From positions 1,033,994-1,097,993 of the forward strand of contig JBFXEV010000001.1 of assembly GCA_050179755.1 (NCBI GenBank): a stretch of 64,000 bases of DNA, written 5' to 3'. The stretch comes from Candidatus Babeliales bacterium (GTDB lineage: Bacteria; Babelota; Babeliae; Babelales; JBFXEV01). Shown piece by piece: positions 10,047 through 19,170 of the stretch (within the stretch, counting starts at the first letter, position 1; each line of letters begins with the position of its first letter). Under the pieces are notes generated by a model, which saw nothing but the letters and a program-made list of their open reading frames with translations, was not told the DNA's origin and did no database searches. The translations under genes and the position numbers were made by a program.

Positions 10047-10149
10047 ATAGTACCCGTGTGACTTGCTATAATAGCTTGCATATTACAACCCTGGCAGGTA
10101 TCATTGAAGTGTTTTAGATGCATTATAACCAGTTAATTATCAATGAAAG

Positions 10150-11016
10150 ATGATAAGCATGACTCAAATTAAAGACAAATTTTTGGACACGGTAAAATCG
10201 CTTTTGATTATTTTACCAATCGCTTTTTTTATACGCACGTTTGTATATGGTTTATATCAGGTGCCAACAAGCTCCATGGAAACCACTATGCTTGTGGGAG
10301 AGCGATTTTTGGCAGATAAGTTTTCTGTATGGCTTGGCAGGCTAGAGCGCGGCAATATTATTGCCTTTAATGATTATTGGCGATTTAAATATTCTACCAA
10401 TCCTGCAAAGCGTCTGTTCCAGATGTATGTCTGGGGACCCGAAAATTGGACCAAACGAATCATTGGAAAACCAGGAGATCATGTAAAAGGTGTGATTGAA
10501 GATGGTAAGCCGGTGGTATATTTGAATGGTCAAAAACTAGATGAGCCCTATGTAAATAAATATCCTCTTATTGCCACCTACGTGCCAGGAGGCGCACCAA
10601 TAGATGGTAGTTCTTATTTATATCGTTCATACGATCCCTCTGTATCACTTGAAGCGCAGCCGTTTTACCGTTTGGAACAAGCAAATGTAGCTCTTGCAAA
10701 ACGTATGTTCACGGCAATGGGTGCATCACCAATTCTTGAACCAGGTACTCCGGTGACTGATGGTAACCGTAACGTTGATGAATTTGACGAGCAGCTGGGT
10801 GAGAATGAATATTGGGTAATGGGTGATAATAGAATGAATAGTGGCGATTCCCGATTTAATGGGCCACTCCCTGCAGAATATATTCATGCAAAGATTGTGT
10901 TGAGATTATGGTCAATTGATAGTGCTGAATCATGGTGGATTGTTGATTTGATTAAACATCCTATTGATTTTTGGACACGCGTGCGTTGGTCAAGGTTCTT
11001 TCAAATTCTTTCATAA
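10150..11016 (+). CDS. lepB: Signal peptidase I
   Basis: N-terminal TM, VPTSSMETT (Ser), KRIIGKPGD (Lys), MGDNRMNSGDSR. Confidence 0.95.
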   Translation: MISMTQIKDKFLDTVKSLLIILPIAFFIRTFVYGLYQVPTSSMETTMLVGERFLADKFSVWLGRLERGNIIAFNDYWRFKYSTNPAKRLFQMYVWGPENWTKRIIGKPGDHVKGVIEDGKPVVYLNGQKLDEPYVNKYPLIATYVPGGAPIDGSSYLYRSYDPSVSLEAQPFYRLEQANVALAKRMFTAMGASPILEPGTPVTDGNRNVDEFDEQLGENEYWVMGDNRMNSGDSRFNGPLPAEYIHAKIVLRLWSIDSAESWWIVDLIKHPIDFWTRVRWSRFFQILS

Positions 11017-11028
11017 AGAATAAAATGC

Positions 11029-11054
11029 AAGGGAGCATCGCAAGATGCTCCCTT
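11029..11054. terminator. Bidirectional intrinsic terminator
   Basis: aagggagcatc-gcaa-gatgctccctt perfect stem between convergent genes. Confidence 0.8.
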
Positions 11055-11062
11055 AATTGTTT

Positions 11063-12013
11063 TTAAAGAAGGCCTTCCCATTCTTTGCAATATGCAATAC
11101 GTTCAGACAGCAATGGGTGCAAATTATCTCCCAAATTGTCGCCATTTTTATCAATAACTATACGGTGTTTCCAGCTTAGCTCACGCATTGGCTTTTGTTG
11201 TTCTTGTATCCGACTGAAAAAGTCACACGCACCTTTGCTTGATTTAAGGTGTTTTATTGCAAACCAATCAGCATCGCGTTCTACTTGGCGTGACCATGCA
11301 TTATATAATTTCCAAGCCACAAAGCACGTAGTAACGCCACATGTTGAAACCCAATTATTTGTGGTGTTAATGTTGGTGAGTGTAGTATCTGCAAAGCTGT
11401 GTGGAGCAACACGTTCTTTTAGATACGTTGTAGCTTTATTTACACCTGCATCCCATGCGCGTAAACCATAGTGGGCAATAAACGGTGCTGCCAAAGCAAC
11501 CACGATTCCTTCTGCATTATCTTTAGCTTGCAGATGTGCAAGTTCATGACCTACCAGAAATTCAAGTTCTTCTAATGAATAGTTGGCGACCATAGATTGA
11601 TTAATAAGCATAACGTTGCTACCTATTGCCAATGCAGGCTGTACATAAGGCGACGTGCTATTAAGCACGCGTATTGTCTTTGGATCAATGCCAAATTTTG
11701 TAAGAATAGTATTAATAGTTTCTTGTAGCTCTGGAGAAAGATCCTCACTTGCGCCAAATGTTGTTTTTGCCGTTTGAATAGGATCAAACTCCCGCAAGAT
11801 GCTTACCATTGCTGTGCGAGGAAAGCTCCACGTGGCCAGGAACCAATAACCATACTTTTTCATTTCTGGCGTGAGCCAGGCGTTGGCTTGCCCCGATGCT
11901 ACTTGATCAGCGCGCACAGGTGCCGAAAAGCACAGCAGGCCAATCAAAAGAATAGTTAAAGGTTTTTTTGTAAGGGAAGTGATTTTTTGAAAGATCATGA
12001 TGACCCCTTTCAA
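11063..12013 (-). CDS. M48-family zinc metallopeptidase, exported
   Basis: GHELAH, SRQVERDAD, HP..SERI. Confidence 0.9.
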   Translation of the reverse strand: MKGVIMIFQKITSLTKKPLTILLIGLLCFSAPVRADQVASGQANAWLTPEMKKYGYWFLATWSFPRTAMVSILREFDPIQTAKTTFGASEDLSPELQETINTILTKFGIDPKTIRVLNSTSPYVQPALAIGSNVMLINQSMVANYSLEELEFLVGHELAHLQAKDNAEGIVVALAAPFIAHYGLRAWDAGVNKATTYLKERVAPHSFADTTLTNINTTNNWVSTCGVTTCFVAWKLYNAWSRQVERDADWFAIKHLKSSKGACDFFSRIQEQQKPMRELSWKHRIVIDKNGDNLGDNLHPLLSERIAYCKEWEGLL

Positions 12014-12380
12014 GTAGAAGTGAGTATATTTTTGCCAGCTGAATTACTATTATATCTATTTTTTATATACTATAGTCCATTGTATGCCTGATAATGCATA
12101 AGTCAATTGAAAATAATGCAAAGATTACTTTCTTGCCAGTCAATTTGCGCACATTATGCGTTTTCCGCTGTATTTATTGCCTTTTTTAGGAAAAAGTTTA
12201 TAGTAATAGACGGTGCATTCGAGCGTATTTGGCAAGGTGTCTTGCAAAATAACTAGTTTAGTTAGATAGTATATTTTTAATACTACCAATAATTATGACA
12301 ATCTCCCTCGTTAAAAAGGGTATGTTGCACCGATTGGCATTACCATTGGTGTGATATTAATTTTTAGATAGAGGAGAGCT

Positions 12381-13775
12381 ATGCTCAGTTCCTTAATTCA
12401 TTATTTTTATCCGGATTTAAAACCAAATGAGGTAAAGAAATTCGGAATTTTAGCGTTAATTTTCTCATTAATTATTGGCGGCTATTGGTTAATACGTCTT
12501 CTTAAGAATACGTTATTTATTAAAGTTTGTTTCCCTGAAGATTTAGGTTGTATTCCAAACCAAGGTCTTCTTTTGCAACCTACAGCAAAATTAATTTCTC
12601 CACTAGTAGTGTTTGCCTTGGTGCTTGTCTACTCCAAGTTAGTAGATATGTATAAAAAGCACGTACTCTTCTATATTATTGCTTCTGTATATGTATTGCT
12701 TTTTGGTTCATTTACCGTGATGCTTTTTTTGAGAAACATGTATGGTAATGCTTTCTTGGGTAAAACATTGCTTGGAGCATTTGGTTGGGTGTCATACTTT
12801 ACCATTGAAAGTTTTGGCTCGTTAATTGTTGCGCTTTTCTGGTCTTTCACTAACAGTATCACTGCATCTGATTCTGCAAAACGTGGCTATCCGCTTATTA
12901 TTGCGTGTGCTCAAGTCGGCGCAATTATTGGTGCAGGGCTTATGATTTTTTCTCACACGTTTGGTTTGCCACAATTATTGGCAGTTGTAACTTTGACTAC
13001 AGCGGCTATTATTCCCGCTGTTTATTACTTTATGAAAGAAGTTCCTGCTTCTGATCAAGTGGGTGATCCAAAAAGTGCAAAAACTGAAGGTAAATCGGAA
13101 GGTTCTGCTGGCTTTTTAGAAGGTATTCGTTTACTTTTCACTAAGCCATATTTGATGGGTATTTTACTTGTTTCTACTATTTATGAAGTTATGAACCAAG
13201 TGCTTGAATATCAAATGCAGTATCAAGTTAATAGCTCATCTACTTTTGCTGGTGAATTAGGTTTTGCACAGTTCCAAGGTTATTATGGTGTGGCAACAAA
13301 CACGCTATCATTCTTAATGGCGCTTCTTGGCACAAGCTATTTGATTAAAAAGTATGGCTTACGTTTTGGTCTTTTATTCTTCCCAGCGTGCCTTGTAGCA
13401 GCGCTTGCGAGCTTGCTTGCATTCTACTATTTTGGCAATCCAACTGCTGGTGCATTGCTTGCAGCAACGTTTGTTGCCATGATGATTGCAAAAGGTCTTG
13501 GCTATGCGGTGAACAACCCAGTTAAAGAAATGATGTATATTCCAACAAGTAAAGATGCTAAATTCAAAACCAAAGGTTTCATTGACGTCTTTGGTAGCCG
13601 TATGGCAAAAATGGGTGGTGGTCAGATCAACAATATGTTTAAAACGAGCTTTAACGATCTTATTGTGTATGGCACGCTATTCAGCTTTGGTTTATCGGCA
13701 GTGTGGATCTTGGCAGCAGTCTATGTTGGTAACAAGAATGCTCAATTGATTAAAGATAATCAAATTGTTGAGTAA
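12381..13775 (+). CDS. Npt1/Tlc-family ATP/ADP (nucleotide) translocase
   Basis: 12 TM; LFWSFTNSIT...AKRGYP; KGLGYAVNNPVKEMMYIP...KFKTKGFIDVFGSR. Confidence 0.92.
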   Translation: MLSSLIHYFYPDLKPNEVKKFGILALIFSLIIGGYWLIRLLKNTLFIKVCFPEDLGCIPNQGLLLQPTAKLISPLVVFALVLVYSKLVDMYKKHVLFYIIASVYVLLFGSFTVMLFLRNMYGNAFLGKTLLGAFGWVSYFTIESFGSLIVALFWSFTNSITASDSAKRGYPLIIACAQVGAIIGAGLMIFSHTFGLPQLLAVVTLTTAAIIPAVYYFMKEVPASDQVGDPKSAKTEGKSEGSAGFLEGIRLLFTKPYLMGILLVSTIYEVMNQVLEYQMQYQVNSSSTFAGELGFAQFQGYYGVATNTLSFLMALLGTSYLIKKYGLRFGLLFFPACLVAALASLLAFYYFGNPTAGALLAATFVAMMIAKGLGYAVNNPVKEMMYIPTSKDAKFKTKGFIDVFGSRMAKMGGGQINNMFKTSFNDLIVYGTLFSFGLSAVWILAAVYVGNKNAQLIKDNQIVE

Positions 13776-13805
13776 TCCGCCTTCGCGCAATGCGCTACGG
13801 CGTGA
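13776..13805. repeat. REP-like palindromic element (family A) directly after the translocase stop
   Basis: tccgccttcgcgcaatgcgctacggcgtga, nearly identical to 17-46. Confidence 0.75.
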
Positions 13806-13840
13806 CTTTGGTCCGCTTTAGCATTAATAAATAATTTTTG

Positions 13841-13872
13841 TGGCATGAGAGTAAGCGATTATTCTCATGCCA
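13841..13872 (+). terminator. Hairpin terminator, copy 1 of 3 (also 14492-14523 and about 16128-16157)
   Basis: tggcatgaga...tctcatgcca stem. Confidence 0.65.
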
Positions 13873-13953
13873 TATTTAATGTAAAAAGTATTGGTGATAT
13901 GAATGAAGTGCGTATGTATAATAGCATTAATCTTAATATATTAAGGACGTGTC

Positions 13954-14478
13954 ATGTCATCTTCAAACTATGAATGGTCAAAAATTGTTCTCATGTTAGT
14001 GTTGCTTTGTTCAGCAGCAAGCAACTGTATGGACGCAGGATTTGCTGTGTCTGGGCAAATTAAAGTGGAAAAGCCAGCTGCGCCAAATGCATTAAAAATC
14101 ACAGAAATAATTAAAGACACTGATTTAAGATATTTGGCAACACTAGGTGCAGGTGCGGGTTTAACGGCAGCGGGAATTGCAGTATTGCTTAAAAGTTGTT
14201 GGGCTTCAAAAAATGTTGATGATTATAAAAAGGCATCTACGTTAGAAGAGTGGGAACGCTTGCGCTATCACTATGGTGAAGATAATATTCGCGGTGGCTC
14301 TGGATTTTTTTATATTTGTACTGGTTTATTTATTATTGCAAATGCTAAGAATATTCCGGCATTTTATGACAGAGTTGGTGAATGGCTAGGTACTGGGCTA
14401 CAAAGATTTTTAAATACGTATTCCGTGGTAAATGTACTTTCTAATGGTGCAAAAGATGTTCCAAAGTTTGATATATAA
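13954..14478 (+). CDS. Hypothetical exported membrane protein
   Basis: Signal peptide, two hydrophobic segments; 3' part duplicated at 15762-16141. Confidence 0.75.
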   Translation: MSSSNYEWSKIVLMLVLLCSAASNCMDAGFAVSGQIKVEKPAAPNALKITEIIKDTDLRYLATLGAGAGLTAAGIAVLLKSCWASKNVDDYKKASTLEEWERLRYHYGEDNIRGGSGFFYICTGLFIIANAKNIPAFYDRVGEWLGTGLQRFLNTYSVVNVLSNGAKDVPKFDI

Positions 14479-14506
14479 AGTATGACATTTTATGGCATGA
14501 GAGCAG
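14127..14506 (+). repeat. 380-bp direct repeat, copy 1 (copy 2 at 15762-16141)
   Basis: Eight substitutions counted by eye between the copies. Confidence 0.95.
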
Positions 14507-14575
14507 AATGGTTCTCATGCCATTTTCCATTTAAAACTGGTACAACCAATAATACTATAACAGCAGAAAAGATAC

Positions 14576-14930
14576 GTGTCATATTCAAAATTATTACTTT
14601 TGGTATGCTTGAGCACTCATAGTTTTACATTTGGGCATTTTGCCTGATGATCAAAAAGGCATAAAGATTTCAGATTATTTCAGATTCTGATTATAGATAT
14701 TTGACATATGTTGGGCTAGGTGGCGCAACTTCATTGGGCGGGATTGCGCTTATGGTTAAAAGCTTCTGGAAAACGCGAGCTGCTGAAGAGTATAAAAATA
14801 CAAACTTTTTGGAGAGAGTGCAGGAAGATTGTAAACAAAGTGGGCAATTTATTAATGGTGCTATTACAACGTGTGTGGATTGGCAATCATAGCAAACTTA
14901 AAAACTATGCCAACGTATTGTGACGCAAAT
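14576..14930 (+). pseudogene. Frameshifted diverged paralog of 13954-14478
   Basis: DSDYRYLTYVGLGGATSLGGIALMVKSFW aligns with DTDLRYLATLGAGAGLTAAGIAVLLKSCW; frame broken at both ends; boundaries approximate. Confidence 0.6.
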
Positions 14931-14991
14931 GCGCAGGCAGATCTTAATCGACGTGGTTTGTAAATAAATTTTAATTTTTCTAGAGGATATT

Positions 14992-15582
14992 ATGAAAATT
15001 ATTGGTTATATATCATTGGTGATTTCTTTAATGGTATCGCCTCTCTTTGGAATGGAGCTAGATGGTAGAGGAAAAGACGAAAGGCGCTCAATTCAATTTT
15101 TGGACCAAGCTGCCTATGTTAATGGTAGTTTGATAAATTCAGAAACAAGCCGTGCAATAGAAACATGGAAAAAAGCTGAGGATAAATTAACTGACTTAGA
15201 AGAACGTCAAAATAATAAGCCTGTTATAAGTCGATTGGCCTCTTTAGGTTTCCCCTCTGCTGTTGTATTATTGCATAATTTGTTTCCTAATGGTGTACCT
15301 CTGTGGGATGTACAAGGCCAATGGGTAGCTGGAGCAATACTTGTTGGTGGTTTGGCGGCATCTTTCTGGGGATTGAGCAAAGCAGATGAAGTAAAAAAAG
15401 TTGAAGAATTAGAAACAAAAACAATGAGTACTGATTTGCCTGCGTTGCGTCAAGTATTTCAGCAGTTAAAACCGGATGCAAGAGTTGATGCAAGTAATCT
15501 ATTACTATTACATGCTAAGTCTTACAAAGACTGGGACAAAGTAAGATCAGCGTTAGACGTCAATAATAATAATAACGATTAA
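14992..15582 (+). CDS. Hypothetical exported protein
   Basis: GAGG RBS, signal peptide ending LFG-M, internal hydrophobic hairpin. Confidence 0.75.
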   Translation: MKIIGYISLVISLMVSPLFGMELDGRGKDERRSIQFLDQAAYVNGSLINSETSRAIETWKKAEDKLTDLEERQNNKPVISRLASLGFPSAVVLLHNLFPNGVPLWDVQGQWVAGAILVGGLAASFWGLSKADEVKKVEELETKTMSTDLPALRQVFQQLKPDARVDASNLLLLHAKSYKDWDKVRSALDVNNNNND

Positions 15583-15603
15583 TATAAGTATATTATGCAT
15601 ACT

Positions 15604-16113
15604 ATGAATATGTTGCAAAAAATAGTGGTAATGGTTTTCTTGCTTAATCTAAGCGCTGGTTGAGTGATAGCTTCTGACAATGCGTGCAATGCTTTGCAGG
15701 AATTTGTTGCTGTATTGGAGCCTATTAAAACAAATGCTGAAATAATACCAAACAGTGACCCAAGATATTTGGCAACACTAGGTGCAGGTGCGGGTTTAAC
15801 GGCAGCGGGAATTGCAGTATTGCTTAAAAGTTGTTGGGCTTCAAAAAATGTAGATGATTATAAAAAGGCATCTACGTTAGAAGATTGGGAACGCTTGCGC
15901 TATCACTATGGTGAAGATAATATGCGCGGTGGTTCTGGATTTTTTTATATTTGTACTGGTTTATTTATTATTGCAAATGCTAAGAATATTCCAGCATTTT
16001 ATGACAGAGTTGGTGAATGGCTAGGTACTGGGCTACAAAGATTTTTAAATACGTATTCCGTGGTAAATGTACTTTCTAATGGGGCAAAAGATGTTTCAAA
16101 GTTTGATATATAA
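15604..16113 (+). pseudogene. Chimeric paralog of 13954-14478 with an in-frame TGA after its signal peptide
   Basis: ATG 15604 MNMLQKIVVMVFLLNLSAG-TGA(15661)-VIASD..., same frame as ORF 15664-16113. Confidence 0.6.
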
Positions 16114-16141
16114 AATATGACATTTTATGGCATGAGAGCAG
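15762..16141 (+). repeat. 380-bp direct repeat, copy 2
   Basis: Matches 14127-14506. Confidence 0.95.
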
Positions 16142-16194
16142 TAATGTGCTCACGCCTTTTATCATAGGTACATACATAGTATGGAAGGTTTATT

Positions 16195-17244
16195 ATGTCT
16201 TTTAAGAATTATATAATGCTCAGCATTATGGCTAGTTTGTTTAGTGAAGCTACAGCTTATCGCTTTGATTATCATGATGCACCTATTCGCCAATCGGATA
16301 GTCGTAGATACGTTGAAGATAATCGTTATTGGGTGCATACCGAATATTTTAATTCAAAAATAGGTAAAACTATTCGCTGTATTGATTATTGTGTTGATTC
16401 AAGACATTACTCGGTGAACTTGCATATTTGGTATCCGGATGCATTAAATCACAATGAAATTTTTATGTTTGCACCCTATCGCAAAAATGATCTTGATGCA
16501 AGAATAAAGGCGCTTATTAAGCGTGGTTTTTCACATGAAGATGCTTTTAAGCTTGATGATGTATATTGTTATGCGATTGATAATTGCCAATTAACATCAG
16601 AAACACTATGTCCTTTGCTATTTTTTTGCACGGGTGATTTGGGTACGTGCGCTGGTGATTATACAGCCATGTGCGAAAAGCTTGCAAGCAAAGGTTACGT
16701 GGTGGTTGCGCTTGAAAATACGCATGAAAACAGGCTTACAATTAATGATATAGAATATGCTTATCTGGCGATGCGTACATATAATACTACCACAGAAGAT
16801 ATGTTTTATAATCAGATGGATTTTGCTCGTGCGGGTATTATTGGGCATTTGCATGGCGGATCTCTTGCCTATACAATGTGCACACAAAATGATCGATTTA
16901 AAGCAGGTATTAGTTTAGATGGTATGCCTTTTATTACTGATAAAGCGTATTGCGATAATGATGTGCCTTTTATGATTATGTTTTCTGAAGAAATGCATAA
17001 TGATACAGAAACATATAATGTACCAAACGCTCATTTGTATCAACAGTATGTTCCCATTGCCGTGACCATTCCTAAGTTAAAAAGAAATGGTTTTTCTGAT
17101 TTGGCAATTCTTAAAGATCTGCCACCTTATAAAGATAATAAGCAATTGCTTGATCTGGAAGCTCTAGCAGGTACTGTTGAGGGTGAAAAAACCATTACGT
17201 TGATCAATACGTATATTGTTGATTTCTTTGCAAAAAACTTATAA
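16195..17244 (+). CDS. Alpha/beta-hydrolase-fold (PAF-acetylhydrolase-like) protein with degenerate catalytic motifs
   Basis: IWYP, CEKLASKGYVVVAL, GHLHGG in place of GHSxGG, RFKAGISLDG, FSD. Confidence 0.75.
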   Translation: MSFKNYIMLSIMASLFSEATAYRFDYHDAPIRQSDSRRYVEDNRYWVHTEYFNSKIGKTIRCIDYCVDSRHYSVNLHIWYPDALNHNEIFMFAPYRKNDLDARIKALIKRGFSHEDAFKLDDVYCYAIDNCQLTSETLCPLLFFCTGDLGTCAGDYTAMCEKLASKGYVVVALENTHENRLTINDIEYAYLAMRTYNTTTEDMFYNQMDFARAGIIGHLHGGSLAYTMCTQNDRFKAGISLDGMPFITDKAYCDNDVPFMIMFSEEMHNDTETYNVPNAHLYQQYVPIAVTIPKLKRNGFSDLAILKDLPPYKDNKQLLDLEALAGTVEGEKTITLINTYIVDFFAKNL

Positions 17245-17301
17245 GCTTTGCATACTATACAACACTAGAATTTCCGTTTAATTTTTTCCAAAGGATTATA
17301 C

Positions 17302-17991
17302 ATGCACAATATGAGTAAACTTTTGTTACAGGGCAGTTTATTAAGCGCATTAGTTCTTTTACCCGTACATCTTAAGTCTGATGGCTTTAAGATTATGGCT
17401 GCAGAGACTAAGCAGCATGAAAGTTTATCTTCGCACAAGTTGGTGCAAAAATCATTTTATTTTATACGCCATGGTCAAACAGATTGGAACATAGAAAATC
17501 GTTTGCAAGGGCAATTAGATATTCCTCTTAATGCTACAGGGCGTGCGCAAGCCAAGGCTTTGCAAGAGGATGTACGTGGATTAGATATTTCATGTGTGTA
17601 TTTTAGCCCGCTTTCTCGTACGCAAGAAACAATGGCAATTGTATGTAAGAATTTACCAGCGATTACCAAGATTTCAGTGCCTTCCTTGATGGAGCGTAAT
17701 TTTGGGGAATGGCAGGGGGAAATTTGGGATAATGAAGCTGCTCAGAAATATCGCAATGCATCGCCAGTTTCTGGTGAGACAGAAGAAGAATATTTTGATC
17801 GCGTGCTTACGTGCGTAAATGATCTATTGGCAACTACTGAAGGCCACGTGCTTATGGTGGCTCACGGCGGCGTGTTTTGGTCATTATGCAAAGCTGCAGG
17901 TATTGAGTATGATGTAATTAATAATTGCCGTATTTTACATTTTGTAGCGCCAAATGAAGCTACTGATCAATGGACGATTTACGAAATCTAA
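17302..17991 (+). CDS. Histidine phosphatase (PGM) family protein, exported
   Basis: RHGQTDWN, SPLSRTQET, ERNFGEWQG, VAHGG. Confidence 0.92.
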   Translation: MHNMSKLLLQGSLLSALVLLPVHLKSDGFKIMAAETKQHESLSSHKLVQKSFYFIRHGQTDWNIENRLQGQLDIPLNATGRAQAKALQEDVRGLDISCVYFSPLSRTQETMAIVCKNLPAITKISVPSLMERNFGEWQGEIWDNEAAQKYRNASPVSGETEEEYFDRVLTCVNDLLATTEGHVLMVAHGGVFWSLCKAAGIEYDVINNCRILHFVAPNEATDQWTIYEI

Positions 17992-18043
17992 GGGCTCGTA
18001 TATTCCAGAGTAGCATATGAGAAATAAGAGCCGGATTTTAATT

Positions 18044-18934
18044 TTACGTAAAAAAATCATCAAGAAATTCGCGGTTATAGCGATATAACCGTGCGTCTTG
18101 ATTTTGCCATGTTCCACGTTTGACGGTAAAGCCAATTACCGCAAGTGCTTTGCAAAGGCGCAAAAGTGGCATTATCGCATGGTAATCTGGAATTGCTCGA
18201 ATGCTTGCATAACCTTGCATAAAAGATTCTTTGTGCTCGGGATTTGCAGGCCAATTGTTATGCTCGAGTGAACAAAAATCTTCTTGCGCAAAACTAGCGC
18301 GTGCTGCCGACCAATCAATGATTCCTTGCAATTTGCCATTGTTAATTATTATATTTCCAGGCCTAAAGTCTCGGTGCACAATGCATGGCCCATCCGCTTG
18401 CAAAAGCAAATCAATTTGTGCATTAAAGTATGCACGGCATTGATCAACTAATGTTTGTGGCAGTAATGTGCCGCATTCTGCCAAACCTTCTTCAAATTTG
18501 TGTATAAAATAAGTGCGAGGGTCATTGCTCAGTGAATCGGGCTGCGATAGATCACCGTAGCTTGTTGTGCGTTGTTGATGAATACGCGCAAGCGTTTGGC
18601 CTATTTGATACGCAAGTTCATTGGTAAAATCATTCAGAGTCAGTAGCGTGCCGGGGATATATTCCATTAAAATGGCACCATTCACACCTTCCTCTGGTTC
18701 AATAACTTGAATAATTCGTGGCACGGTTAGTATGTTTGCAAAGTAGTTCAAGAAGTATACTTCATTAAGATAATCTTTTGCACGTGTGCATATTTTTAAA
18801 ATGTATGATGTGTTGCTACTTTGTATTCTTATTTTATAGACAATCGCAACAATTGCATTCTCGTGAATGATTGGCTCAAAAATAGCGTCTCTTAAGTTTA
18901 GATGTTGTTGATAGAACGCAATATGACTTTTCAT
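18044..18934 (-). CDS. Aminoglycoside phosphotransferase-family kinase
   Basis: ILKI, HRDFRPGN, GIIDW. Confidence 0.85.
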   Translation of the reverse strand: MKSHIAFYQQHLNLRDAIFEPIIHENAIVAIVYKIRIQSSNTSYILKICTRAKDYLNEVYFLNYFANILTVPRIIQVIEPEEGVNGAILMEYIPGTLLTLNDFTNELAYQIGQTLARIHQQRTTSYGDLSQPDSLSNDPRTYFIHKFEEGLAECGTLLPQTLVDQCRAYFNAQIDLLLQADGPCIVHRDFRPGNIIINNGKLQGIIDWSAARASFAQEDFCSLEHNNWPANPEHKESFMQGYASIRAIPDYHAIMPLLRLCKALAVIGFTVKRGTWQNQDARLYRYNREFLDDFFT

Positions 18935-19170
18935 AGAAGTTGATCGTTTTGTTTTGTAATTATAAAGTGATATCTAGAATAACATTTTTTTCATATTCGC
19001 GATAATTTGGAAAAGCTTTAAAATAAAGGGCTTTTAAGCATTATACGCATCTACAAGTTTAATGCATGCTTGCAACTCTTGATAAATGGCCGTAGTCTAT
19101 CAATGCGTAAGTTGTATTGAATCTCGTTAAATGGCCTAGAATAATTGCAAACTTAAAAAGGGTTACAACA

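Noticed and set aside
15661..15663. TGA recoding (genetic code 4/25 or Sec)
   Set aside because: Many conserved genes here end at TGA and long genes lack internal TGA; an isolated nonsense change is simpler
13841..16157. Integron attC array
   Set aside because: Hairpins lack RYYYAAC/GTTRRRY ends and no integron integrase is present; better explained as duplicated terminators
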